The translations under genes and the position numbers were made by a program. From positions 124,001 through 188,000 of the forward strand of contig JALMLS010000216.1 of assembly GCA_038496445.1 (NCBI GenBank): DNA of 64,000 bases, given 5' to 3'. The DNA is from Trichosphaerium sp. ATCC 40318. Lineage: Eukaryota; Protista; Tubulinea. The notes below the pieces were generated by a model. The model made no database searches and had not been told where the DNA came from. It saw only the letters and a program-made list of their open reading frames with translations. Below are positions 50,127 through 61,899 of this stretch, in pieces (positions within the stretch are counted from its first letter, which is position 1; the number at the start of each line of letters is the position of its first letter).

Positions 50127-50330
50127 AACGCTCAAACTGGTTAAGAAGAACGCTTAATCTACGCCTCTTAAGCAACAAACAAGAAAAAAAGAATTCCCTG
50201 TTTCTCATCCCATATAGTGACATTTGAAAACAGCAGTCTTCAGCACTACGTCATAGATACATACTAGAGCGATAGAAGAACAAGTTTCGAATATCACGTG
50301 CGATAACCAAAGGATCTTCAGGCGCTTTAT

Positions 50331-52407
50331 TTAATGGCTTGTAAACTGTCTAGCATATCTCATTGTTGCAAATAAGGCGGCACTTATACCTCCAGATATA
50401 GGGAGAGTTACTAGCCACGAAAACACAATCTTCCCAAGAAGCCTCCAATCAATTCCCTTTGATCCTTCAAGTAGACCAACAGCCGTAACTGAACCCACCT
50501 AGTTGACCATAAACCAAACAAAGTATGTAACCACTGTTTCGTACCTGACAATGTGTGGTAGAAACTGGCATACCGATACGAGAAGCTACAATGACAGTGA
50601 TGATAGGTCCAATCTCCATTGTGAATCCTCGCGACGCAGTAATCTTTGCCAAATCCTCTCCAACAGCTGTATGTGCAAACAAGTTAATGTTGTACTCCTT
50701 GAGGGTTCATGAACTGTACCGTTTATGATTTTATAGCCAAGACAAGACAGTCCAACAACTATACCGAACCCACCTAGAGCTATAATCCACCATTCCACAT
50801 CTGCTGTCTCACTTACTTCACCGGTAGTGTATATAGCGTAAATAGCAGCAAATGGGGCTATTGAGTTAGCCACCTATGAATGTTAGAATATGATAAAAAA
50901 GGGTGCTACAATACGTCATTTGCGCCATGCGAAAACGAGTCCAGGGTGGCTGTAAAAATTTGAAGTAGACCGAAGAGTTGTTCAGCATCTTCATCGAACA
51001 CTTCAGCTTGTGCATGGATAGCTTCCCTCCTGAGCGTTTCAACATCCTAATAACCGGTTGCTAAAAGAAAAAACGAACATATAAAAAATGTACAATTGTG
51101 ACGGAAGGCTCGTTTTTAGAAGTGATCAATGGCTCCTCAGGTGATGGCTTTGGTCTTCCCCAAACCTTGTCCCAAAAACTTCTTTCGGTATCCTTGCTTT
51201 CTGTATTCATCCCAGATGCCTCTCCTAAGAGAAATGGTTAACCTTCGTTTGATTTTGAGGACAAAGTTGAACTTACGTTTTGCTTTTTTGAGAAGAACAT
51301 GGCGCTTTATGCGTGGCAGAAAAATAAATCTCATTACCAAGAATGTAAAAATGCCAACGCCAATGGAAATAAGAATTGCTTGCCACCACGTGAATAACTC
51401 GTCAAGCTTCAGAGAAGGACTTCCTAAAGAATGAATAAATATAAAACAGAGTTGTCCTCATCACAAAGTACCTTTAAAGATAATAAAGAAGGTAAGAGTT
51501 AACAGTAATAATCCATAAAGAAAAGGTAGAAAGAACAGTCCTCTTTTCAAAGGGTTCTTTGACCGTAAGATAAATCGTCTTACAACCCAAAATAAACCAA
51601 CTGAAACAGTACCAGCTATCAACTATTTTGATTGAGTTTATGCGTTTTGCACATTTGTTATGTTTGTACCGGGCTTGCTGCCCATGAGAGTACGATAAAA
51701 AGAATTTCCATCCAATCAACACCTTCTTGACTATGTACAAGAGAAAATCCGAGTATAGCACCAACAACACTATGCGTTGTAGAGACAGGTGCCTAAAAAC
51801 AATTTTACAAAACAAACAAAAAAAAGACATCACCTTCAGGAACGTTGCAACAACGAGCCAAATTCCCGCAGCTATTAGCGCACAAAGCATACCAATGATA
51901 AGTATTTGTGGATCAGCTTTGTAAATCTCGGTGTTTATTATACCCTTACGAATTGTATCTACACAGAAAAAAGTGTCAGTACTAAAGTTTTGATCAAAGA
52001 AAACGTGCCAGTCACGTGAGAACCAAGCAACATTGCTCCCGAAAATTCAAATATTGCAGCAATGACTATTGCTTGCCGCATCGTAAGTACTTTAGAACCT
52101 ACAGACGTCGCGAACTATTGTGTTAACACGTGATGTAAGGCAAGTCGAAAATTATCAGACTTACAGCATTCGCAACCTATTTTACAGTAAGAAACACGCG
52201 TAGAAAAGCGTAAGTACATCATTAGCTCCAATACCAAACGCCTTTAAAGAAAGTTACTACTCAAGTGTTCACGTTTTCCCAGTGCTGGGAGCATACCGTA
52301 AAAAAAGCAGCAACACCGGCTATTCCAACTATCAGAGTAAAATTTTCTATTTTACCAGGTTGTGTGGGCGCCACAGTAGGTGCTGCAAAAGGATTTAGTG
52401 TTTCCAT
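50331..52407 (-). CDS. Inorganic phosphate transporter (PiT/Pho89/SLC20); multi-exon
   Basis: [62 protein letters not shown]. Confidence 0.95.
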
Positions 52408-52501
52408 TTACTACCAGTCCCTTTGCCGACGAGAAAAGTCGTAAAGCCTCGTGTAGACTTAACAAATTGCCAATTAAGTAAAACTTGCAAAAATAACCAA
52501 A

Positions 52502-53712
52502 ATGGCAGATGAACAGCTGCTTCAGTGGGCTAATACGCAAAAAAAAGTGGATTTACACAGACACTTAGGCGGTAGCATACCATTTGACACTTTATGGAGC
52601 CTCCAGAACCGTGGAGTGCTAAAAACTACGTTCAAGAGTAAAGACGAGCTTAAAAGCGCTGTCACATGTACAGAACCAATGGAAAACTTAGAAAAGCTTC
52701 TTAAAGCATTTGATGTGTTCCAAGTACGCTAGTTATACCACTTTACGCCGTTAACGGTGTTATTAATAGAGCTGCTTTCAAACACTCGATATCGTATCAG
52801 AAGTAACTCGAGACGTCATACAAGCAGCCCGAGACGAAAGTGTTGAGGTGTTAGAGTACGTACACGCAGTCTAAACCTAACGAAGAAAACCGCTACTAGT
52901 GCTTCTAACACCCGTAGGTTACGCTTTGGTCCTCATTTTATAGCAGAACCAGCTTCTTTACCACTTGATGAGGTAGTAGAACGTGTTGTAAACACAACAG
53001 AAGAAATGAGAAAAAAATTCAACAACACAATGAAAATAGGCTTAATAATACTTGTATCGAGGGATTATGGCCCTTCTTCAGCAATGGAGACAGCACAGCT
53101 TGCAAAGCGATGGCGTAAACACTTGGTAGGGTTTGACTTTGCAGCTACAGAGGAGGCATTTCCACAAAGTGCTTTCTTGCCAACAGTCAAAGCAGTAAAA
53201 GAACTCAACTTACCACTTACAGTACATCTTTTTTTCGACTTGTGCCATCTGTTTTGATGTATTGTTAGGTCCATATTGGTGAAGAAGCAGGCGTGGATGC
53301 TATAAGGGAGATAGTTGAGACATATAAACCACAAAGACTTGGCCATGCCACTGTTCTTTATCAGGATAAAGATTTGATGGAAATTGTCAAAAAAGAAGGA
53401 ATATTAGTGGAATCAGCAATGACTTCTAATCTTATATCTTCTACTGTTAAGAGCTATGATACTCATCCTTGTAAAGAGTACTTTAAAACCGGTATACCTG
53501 TTTGTCTCAACACAGATGATCCAACTTTATTCGATGTTACACTTGGACAAGAGTACGCAAAAAAAAACCCCTTTAACAACTTTTAGCTGTTAGCTAACAC
53601 TGTAATTTTTTCCAAAAGGTGGTATGCCGCAGTAAAGCATGCCGGTTTTACAAAAGAACAAGTTATTGAAATGAATAATACCGCAAGAAAACATAGCTTT
53701 CTGAAATTGTAA
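52502..53712 (+). CDS. ADA: Adenosine deaminase family protein; multi-exon
   Basis: KVDLHRHLGGSI, ELRFGP, VGFDFAA, LTVHIGE, RLGHA, LNTDDPTLF. Confidence 0.92.
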
Positions 53713-53745
53713 TATTAAAGCAACTCTCATTCCATCAAAAAGGCT

Positions 53746-54380
53746 TTATTCAGCGAGCACTTCGAAATCAGACTTTATACAGGCTAAAACGCCTCCTTTA
53801 GCATCTATTGCTTCAAATATTGCTGTGTACGTATCCTAAATAGAACGAACTTGATGTCAATAATGATCACGTGGAGACAATTTACAAGGTGTTCCACGTA
53901 CAGTTATTGCATAAGAAGGTACCAGTTGGGTTATCACAGCTGTGTACTTTCCCTCTTTACAAGGACACGTGCATGCAGGTATTATCTTTGACTCACATAG
54001 ATCGCCTTATTGATGTTAACGGCGAGGTCAGCATATTGTTTTACCTTTAAGTTTGAGAACGGGAAGGCCTTCTAAATATATCGTGTTGTTATAAGTCCCA
54101 CCAGTTACCGCTTCGTTAATTACTCCAAAAGCAGTTACAGTCACGTTTTTACCAGCTACTGCAGGGTCTAGGACATAGAATTTAACGGTTTATAGCGTTT
54201 CTAGCCAACGTACATGGATCCATTTTCGATGACGATACTACGAATTGAGGGGACGTATTTGGACCTGTGACCTTTGGTTAGAATCTTCCTTGTTTGTATT
54301 TTGTTTATTGTACAAAGCTCCCACTTGTATGGCGCTGCAGAAGTGAGCACAACGAATAACAGACAAAGTATAAGCGACAT
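53746..54380 (-). CDS. ML-domain (NPC2/MD-2-like) lipid-binding protein; multi-exon
   Basis: Signal peptide MSLILCLLFVVLTSA; WELC, PRPAVAGKNVTVTAFG, DLC..CTCPCKEGKY, VLACIKSDF. Confidence 0.85.
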
Positions 54381-54756
54381 AGGGTGTTTGATGGCCTTCT
54401 TTTGGTTCACGTGTGTTTTTTATTCAGATCCAGTTATGTGAATACTTGTCCGTGACTACGCACGACGAAGACTGTAACTAACGAACGCCTTAAGCTTTTG
54501 AGGAAGGAGAAAAACGACATATGTAACGGTGATAGGGTGATAGAGCTAACAAAATTAACTACGACAAAGAAAAACATTGAGAAAGTAATACTTTCACCAT
54601 TTACAAGACAGAAAATGTTACGGGTTTGGTAGTGACTTTGAAGCACGTGACTATAAGCTGACTTGCTTAGTGCATAAAATCGTACTGAGATGTGTCGAAA
54701 AATACTTGTATTATGATACAGTTAATGCTTGGAACCTTTCTGGATTGTCTTACCAA

Positions 54757-55925
54757 TTAATTGAGTTGAACATAGTCACCTCTCTTGCCTTTCTTTTTCT
54801 TCTTCGTCAAGAAACACTGTACTAAAATACCTGCAATCGTCACAGCTATAATACCAGCGATAATTATATAAGGCACCAGGTGGTCTTTAATATCAATACG
54901 ACGAAGTGTAACCGCTGCAGGTATAACTTGCCAAAAATGGGAGTGAATAATACCACAATCAAGAGCAAACGCAATAACTAAATGTGTAAGCAAAAAAACA
55001 ATGTCACCAAAAAAAAACCAGTAAAACTGTTTTGTTCAAAATAAAGAACTTACGGTAAGCTCCTCCAAAAGATGTAATCACCACTAACAATAGCTTCTTA
55101 AATATAAGAGATACAATACCACCAGCTATTACATAATCTTTAGACAAGTCAGTTAGTAGTACAAGCGTACCTATTCCACAAAGTGCCATAACAACTACTG
55201 GATACCTAAAAAGAAACCCTCAGGAAGAAGTTTGCTAAAAAGCCAGCGTACCAGTTCTTCCCAGAGCAACATTTTATAACAGTAGTCCCCAACGGCGTAG
55301 ATAAAACTATCGAGCATATAAAGACGCCCATAGCGAATCCCAAGAAAAAAATACCAACTTTTACAAACCACATTAAAACACCTGCGATTACAATACCAAC
55401 AATCAATGCAATAACCTATTAAAATATAAGCTCAGCTCTATTACTTGCTTTTTTGCGGATCCACAAAAAAAACCGTCAGGTGTAAACTTACAAGTGGCCA
55501 ATACCATTGTAGCACGTGACCCCAATGTTCATGTACAAGAGAGTAAGAAATTCCAAAACCGAGCAAAAATCCTATGCCTCCAACAGTAGCCTGTACAAAA
55601 ACCGGTTGAGAACACGTGTTTTCAAAAAGTGTACCCTAAAAAAAGTTATTAACGCTAATCCTACTCGCATAAAGCGTACCTAAGTATCCTTGCGCCGTAA
55701 GCCACGAAACCCAAGCCAATGATGCTATTTAACGTGAAAAATTAGGAAGACGTGTTATACTAATGCGTACGTTATTGCTATGGCGCCAGTGATCATTGTT
55801 GGCTTGTTACCTCCTTGGCAAATACCATTTAGCGTTATTCTGTAGAAAAAAATCGTTACAACCGGACAAAGCTGATTACAGAGGATAAAAACTTACACCG
55901 TCTCATTAGAGAGAATGTGTGCCAT
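54757..55925 (-). CDS. Multi-pass membrane protein (DUF4203/TM7S3-like); multi-exon
   Basis: GFVAYGARIL, GIFFLGFAMG, VVITSFGGAY, AGILVQ and a basic C-terminal tail. Confidence 0.75.
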
Positions 55926-56471
55926 GTTGAGTGAGAAGTATTTTACTTTAAGTTGGTGTACATTCGTGATTACCATTCAAATAATTGTGGTCCGTTGTTG
56001 AAGGCTGTTTGTTTTGGTTGAGTACATTCAAAAAAGGTGGTAAATGACATGCTTACTGCTTAGATTTGTATTTTGTTGCTGTGTAGGTACACTTCTCCTT
56101 AAGGTTTGAGTGTGTTTATAGTGCGTGGTTTAGTTTTTTATCCTATATTTCGCTGGCGTTGGCAAGCCAGTCATCACGTGAGTCAAGCCAAAGGATGCCC
56201 ACAGTTTTCACACCCGATAAACAATAGCTGCAAGTTCAAGGAGAAAGTGAAATTCATAACCTCGTCTCTTTTTTTGGTGCTCCTGAGAGCTCAAAATAAC
56301 GTGTAGTGCCTATAACGTATCACATTGCAAATGTAGGGAGGTATCACTCACCATTACACTTTTGAACTACATCGTAGTGTCCCAATCCATATTTGAAATG
56401 CCTTAAAAGCTATGGTAGGCACCGCGAATCAAACTATTGGAATGTTGTTTATTTTTTCAGCAGAGGTGTTT

Positions 56472-57992
56472 TTATAAAGATAAGGTATTACTCATACACC
56501 ATTGAGAGTTTATCTCAACTTTAAACCCAAGCACATCCTTAATTATTGGGTTGTATGTTTCAAAGGGGTAGAATACTTGTTTTAATTGTTGTTGTACTCT
56601 TTCAAAAACAACACGTTCAACAGTGGGGAGATTCATTAGAGTTTTTCCAATGATTGTATTTTTAGGCAAGCTAACTCTTTTAAGACCTTTGAGTGATGAT
56701 AATACACCAAAACTACAGCCACTTTTCGAAATGTTAATTGTGTGAACACCCACAAGGTTTTGAACACCTTTATATGTGATGTTGCTACAGCCTCTTAAAT
56801 TAATAGTGTGAACGCCAGCCAATGCTTTAAGACCTTTATCTGATATTTTGCTTCCACTAACATCAATTGTGTGAACTCCTGCTACTGCTTTAACTCCACG
56901 ATCTGTGATGTCTGTTATCATGTACGTTAAACTAATTGTATGAACGCCAGCCAACGCTTTCAAACCTTTATTTGTTATATTGGTTCCACCAACATCGATT
57001 GTGTGAACACCTGCTAATGCTCTAATACCTTTGTCTGTTATGTCAGTACCAAAAAGATTGATAGTATGAACACAACCTAATGCCTCAATACCTTTGTCTG
57101 TTATTGGTGTACTAGATAGATCAATTGTATGAACGCCAGCAAGCGCTATCATACCTTTGTCTGTGATGTTAGTCATGTGTAGATTAATTGTATGAGCACC
57201 AGCTAATGCTGTAACTCCATCATCTGTCACATTTGTATTGCTTAGAATGATAGTATGAACGCCATGTAATGCCATGATGCCCTCATCTGTCACATGTTTA
57301 CAATGTCTTAAACTTATTGTATGAACGCCAGCCAATGCTTTGACACCTTTATCTGAAACATGTGTTGCCACCAGGTTGATTGTATGAACTCCAGAAAGTG
57401 CTGAAATACCTTCATCTGTAACATCTGTAAAGGAAAGATCAATAGTATGAACGCCAGAAAGTGCCTTGATACCCTCATCTGTCACATGTTTACAATGTCT
57501 TAAACCTATTGTATGAACGCCAGCCAAAGCTTTAATGCCGTCTTTTGTCACATCTGTTTCATCTAGCACTATTTTATGTATCCCAGAAAGCTGTTGAAGA
57601 TGATCATCAGTCACAGGACAAAAAGTAATATCAAGACTATCAACAATGTCTAAACTTGTAAAGTCAATATTCTTAGAAAATTCTACAAGTGTGAGGGAGT
57701 AGACACCCTGTAAGTACTTCAATAAATGTCTTTGTTTAATTTTGTATAAAATAACAATGTCATTTGACTTGATCAACTGTGGTGATGTCTTGAATAGTTT
57801 CTTTAGCATTCGTTTTGATCTTATCACAACAGTTCTACGTTCTATTTTGTATCCAAGGTAATTTACTGCTATTTTGGCTAATAACTTCGATGTATGTACT
57901 ACAGAAGACATAGATATCGTTGAAATGAATCGGAGACAATGAACGATCACTTCAACCGGGATCTCATCAAAAAAAGCCGTATTGTTGTTCAT
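56472..57992 (-). CDS. F-box + LRR protein, paralog 5
   Basis: MNNNTAFFDEIPVEVIVHCLRFI F-box; 14 H(T/K)I repeats in one long exon. Confidence 0.92.
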   Translation of the reverse strand: MNNNTAFFDEIPVEVIVHCLRFISTISMSSVVHTSKLLAKIAVNYLGYKIERRTVVIRSKRMLKKLFKTSPQLIKSNDIVILYKIKQRHLLKYLQGVYSLTLVEFSKNIDFTSLDIVDSLDITFCPVTDDHLQQLSGIHKIVLDETDVTKDGIKALAGVHTIGLRHCKHVTDEGIKALSGVHTIDLSFTDVTDEGISALSGVHTINLVATHVSDKGVKALAGVHTISLRHCKHVTDEGIMALHGVHTIILSNTNVTDDGVTALAGAHTINLHMTNITDKGMIALAGVHTIDLSSTPITDKGIEALGCVHTINLFGTDITDKGIRALAGVHTIDVGGTNITNKGLKALAGVHTISLTYMITDITDRGVKAVAGVHTIDVSGSKISDKGLKALAGVHTINLRGCSNITYKGVQNLVGVHTINISKSGCSFGVLSSLKGLKRVSLPKNTIIGKTLMNLPTVERVVFERVQQQLKQVFYPFETYNPIIKDVLGFKVEINSQWCMSNTLSL

Positions 57993-58194
57993 AGTGTTCT
58001 GCACAATAAAAATAGCGTACAAGATGACAATACTCTTTGGTGTTGCGTTTGTAAAGTCAAACACTTTCAAAGATCTATACTACTATGTTAAACCCAAAAA
58101 CCACGTGGGTCATTCCCGTGGATAGGGAACTTTCTTCAACAGGTTCGATTGCAATCCCTATTTATGTTCAAGCAACTGACGAACGTGTTTATGT

Positions 58195-58420
58195 ACAGAT
58201 TTTTTGTCTACATTCTTGTTTATACCTCAAAGATTACGTACCTGTTCTGTGGCTTCTGTGATCATGTAGGCAGAGCCACTACTTTAGAACAGCCCGTAAT
58301 GCACATTGTTCGGGTGGCTAAAGTAAGATAACGTCGTTATGTTACTCTAGAACACAATTTGTCTCATTGGCACATGCGCTAGTCGCTATGCCAAACCAAA
58401 AAATAAAGAAAAACAACATT
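58195..58420 (-). repeat. Dispersed repeat copy 3 (kinase-derived fragment)
   Basis: The reverse complement matches copies 1 and 2. The exon-like part reads HPNNVHYGLF*SSGSAYMITEATEQ|gtacgt. Confidence 0.85.
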
Positions 58421-58642
58421 CGCATGCACACATTAATCAAACAAACCAAATGGTAGTTGCATTATACATATGCATTGGGTTTGTTTTTTTACTTTACAAA
58501 GTCTTTTTGATCAACTACGCTCTTTGCTTGCTGAAGCAATAAACAAAAAAAAAAGCAACCAACATTCACTGCTATTCAAACAACACGAGATTCTTGACCT
58601 CATTCAAGATGCAAATGAGTATTATTTCAACTAAGTTTTGAG

Positions 58643-59431
58643 TCAGTAGTATTGTTCAATTTGCACAGTGCCATCACAATTATACTTAGTGTACTTCCCT
58701 TCTTTTAATCCACTCTTGTATGTACAAATTTTATATAGTGGACCATTTCCATACCACTCTTTATACTCACCCTCACGAAGATCATCCTTAAATTCTCCCT
58801 TTTTGCTTGGTTGTCCATTGTAATACCAAGTTAAGTAAGTGCCATTCTTCTTACCATGTTTATACATTGTAAGACTATTCATTTTGCCGGAACCATACCA
58901 TGTTTTACTCTCACCATCTAGCACACCATCATTATATAGTATATGACTCTTTATCTTTTTTTTCAAGATATCATACCACGTTTTCTCTTCTTGCAGTTTC
59001 CCTCCCTTGTACCGTGACATAATAACTTTATCTTGTGAAGAATAATTATAGTTCCAATGCCAGTGCTCACCCTCTTTCAAACCTTTTTCATACATCAACA
59101 GATTTTTCAAGTGCCCATATCTTATCCATTCCTTGCACTCCCCATGTAATTTTCCATTCCACCAACACTGTTGAGCAATTTTATGCCCGCAGTTGTGCCG
59201 AAGCCATTTTCCGTTTTTTTCCAAGTCACCATTAAAGCGAGTGTTCTGTGCAGCAATCTTACAAAGTAAAGGCCATTTTATGTATATCTCTGTACTTAAC
59301 TCTGTAATATCAAGTTGTAGCTCAACTGGTAGGTCTGTAGGACCAAGTACTTTCTAAAAACTTGTATTAGGTTCTTTGGTGTAATTAAAAAACAATACAA
59401 TAGTAGTTTGTTCACGTTCATCTACTTCCAT
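58643..59431 (-). CDS. F-box-like + MORN-variant repeat protein, paralog 2
   Basis: First exon MEVDEREQTTI, one intron, then DLPVELQLDITELSTEIYIKWPLLCKIAAQNTRFNGDLEKNGKWL (homologous to paralog 1), followed by MORN-variant repeats. Confidence 0.85.
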
Positions 59432-59619
59432 TGTATTTTGTTTTCTTTGAGCAATTGACTTAGAGCACAAGACTTAACACTTTCGCCACGCAACAGTAGC
59501 TCAAATAATTGTACTCAGTTCTGTATATATGTTGTAAAGAATAACTTGCTTACGCACTCAAATGGTGGTGAAGACGAGTGACTTAAACTTTAAAAGTTAC
59601 AGATGAATTTTGTTTTCAT

Positions 59620-61639
59620 TTATTTTTTTTGTTCTTTTTCTTGTTTCTTACTTTTTTCTTTTTCTTCTTGTCGTTCTTGTATTTTATTTTCATTATCATC
59701 ACTCATAGTAATATTCCAATTACCATAAGCATGTATAAGTATAAATCTGTGACAGTAATCTGTATTATCCTTCACTATACTCAACCATCCTCTCATTATA
59801 CCTTGAAGCTCTGCAACAGTAGCATCAAGTTTTACATACAACCCACGCTCAAGACAAGCCTGTCGTGCTTCTATTTACAAAAATTAGTTCATTAATTACA
59901 TTGCAATAGTAAACGCAAGCAAAGAAGGATTACCACAGATGTGATATTTTTACAAACAAAAAAAAAACACTACAAAGGCTCTAATGCGTTTGTAGTGTCA
60001 CGTTTGCTGCTATCATTTAAAGTACCTTGTAGCGTTGGTAAATTACTCTCTAAGTCGTTTTCTTTTATTAACAACTAATAAAACTAGTTAGAAGAGGACA
60101 AATAACACATCAACAAGCAACAAAGAAAAAGAAGAAGAAAAAGAAAACTTACTTCATCGTCTTTTTCGACGTGATTCAAGTGACGTTGTAACCGCCATCG
60201 TAGTAAAAATAAAGGTGTCCATAATATCAAATCAGGAGCGTAACCGCAGCTAATTAGTACTGCAGCAACTTGTGGCTTGGACAACATAGAAACTTGAAGA
60301 GATGGAATATTAGCATCAAATACTTGCTTTACAGTCAACGGCATCTAATACAATATAAGACAAAAGTTCTAAAATCTTGACTAAAGCAACTTGAGCGCAA
60401 CAATGCTGGTTTTCGAAGAAGAAGATAGATTTCCCTCAAATTGCTTTATCTTGGTGGCAATAGCCAAGTTCAAGGAGAAATTCAAGGCCTTAAAAGAAGG
60501 ATAAAAAGTTCATACGTTTTCTGGCCTCAAGACAGGTTCAAGTTGTGGTGTGGCATCACCTTTTGGTAATTGCTTGTAATGCTCAGTCTTATTGAGTGCT
60601 AGTTGGTTAATGACGCAAGCCTAAGTACTAATGTCAAACAATGATGGATAGAGACAAGTGCAATGAATAAAAAATACAGACAGTACTGTGTCACCACAGG
60701 TATGCAAGAAATTTTGGATAAAAAATCCAAACAAATGCAGGAGACGAACCTTTGATATTTTAAATGTTGACGGCAATAGATGAGGTCTAGCCATTAGAAT
60801 GAATGGGAAGTAAGCAAAAGCAAAGGGCATAAGCTTATAGAAAAATAATAATGGAAACAATTTACGCCAATCTTGACTGTTTGTCCATACAATTCTATAC
60901 TCACTACGCTTTATATTTCCTTGCCTATATTGAAAAAAAAATAAGCCATTAGCACCTCAACAAGTTACTTGTTCTAATTACACCAAAATTCAATGTATCA
61001 CGCTATTACAAAGCGAGTGCCAAAGCGCCAGGTTAAAGGCAGATTTTTTTTTTTTTCTGAAAAACAATTCAATATTTTCTTTTGTTTTGGTTTTCTGAGT
61101 CTTAAAACCGTTGTATGCGTACTTTAGTTTTGTTCTCAGCGCAAATGTCACTTTAGTTTCACCGTATAATTGTTTGACACCAGCCCATGTCATTGTACCG
61201 AATTTACTTGCGTTCTCCTTTATTATTGCGCGTTTATCTGTCCATGACTGTTGCCTAGCGAATGTAAGCGTCATTGTACTCTAGAATAATTCTGTAAACT
61301 CACCAAAAGTCTACTACTTGCTCCTTGCGGTGTTTATACTCCTTAGTTACACGTACTTTATCCGCAGCGGTACTTTTTCTCACATAGGCTTCAACGCGTG
61401 AATAGGCGTCATAAAGCACTTAGTATGAGCGTACCTCCTGTTTCCTTGGCTCTTTCTCCCATTTCTTCGACACCTTCCTCAATTCGCTCTTTCCAGTTGT
61501 CTTTTATCCTTTTCACACGTTCTTTCATCAATGAACCCCTCCTGGTTCGTTTTGTTTTTGTTGTTGAACAACGTCGTCGTGTAGTACGTGGTACGCTACG
61601 ATACACATACGCAGTGCGTATTACGTGCGTTGATAGCAT
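59620..61639 (-). CDS. LETM1-like mitochondrial protein; multi-exon
   Basis: Presequence MLSTHVIRTAYVYRSVPRTTRRRCS; DWRKLFPLLFFYKLMPFA..LLPSTF; LRWRLQRHLNHVEKDDE; QACLERG. Confidence 0.8.
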
Positions 61640-61899
61640 TTTGAATGTAATACAAGAAAAAAAAGTTAAGTTGAGTTTACTTTTTTCTCCGACAATAACT
61701 AAGCTTGCGTAATTCACCAACCTACAATGAAATCAATATACTCGTTGCACAAAGCAACAATAAAAAAAAAATCTTGTATACCAAAACACGTGGTCACAAA
61801 CCAAACGATAATGATACTTGAGCATTATGACTTTACAAAAGTAGGCAAAGATTTCGGTATTAGTACACTTTTTTTAATTACAACTCAGTTTCTACAAGA

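Noticed and set aside
46401-57560. Diversity-generating retroelement (adenine-specific mutagenesis) as the source of LRR variability
   Set aside because: No reverse transcriptase or template repeat is present in the window. Many adenines in the repeats are invariant and changes also occur at non-A positions.
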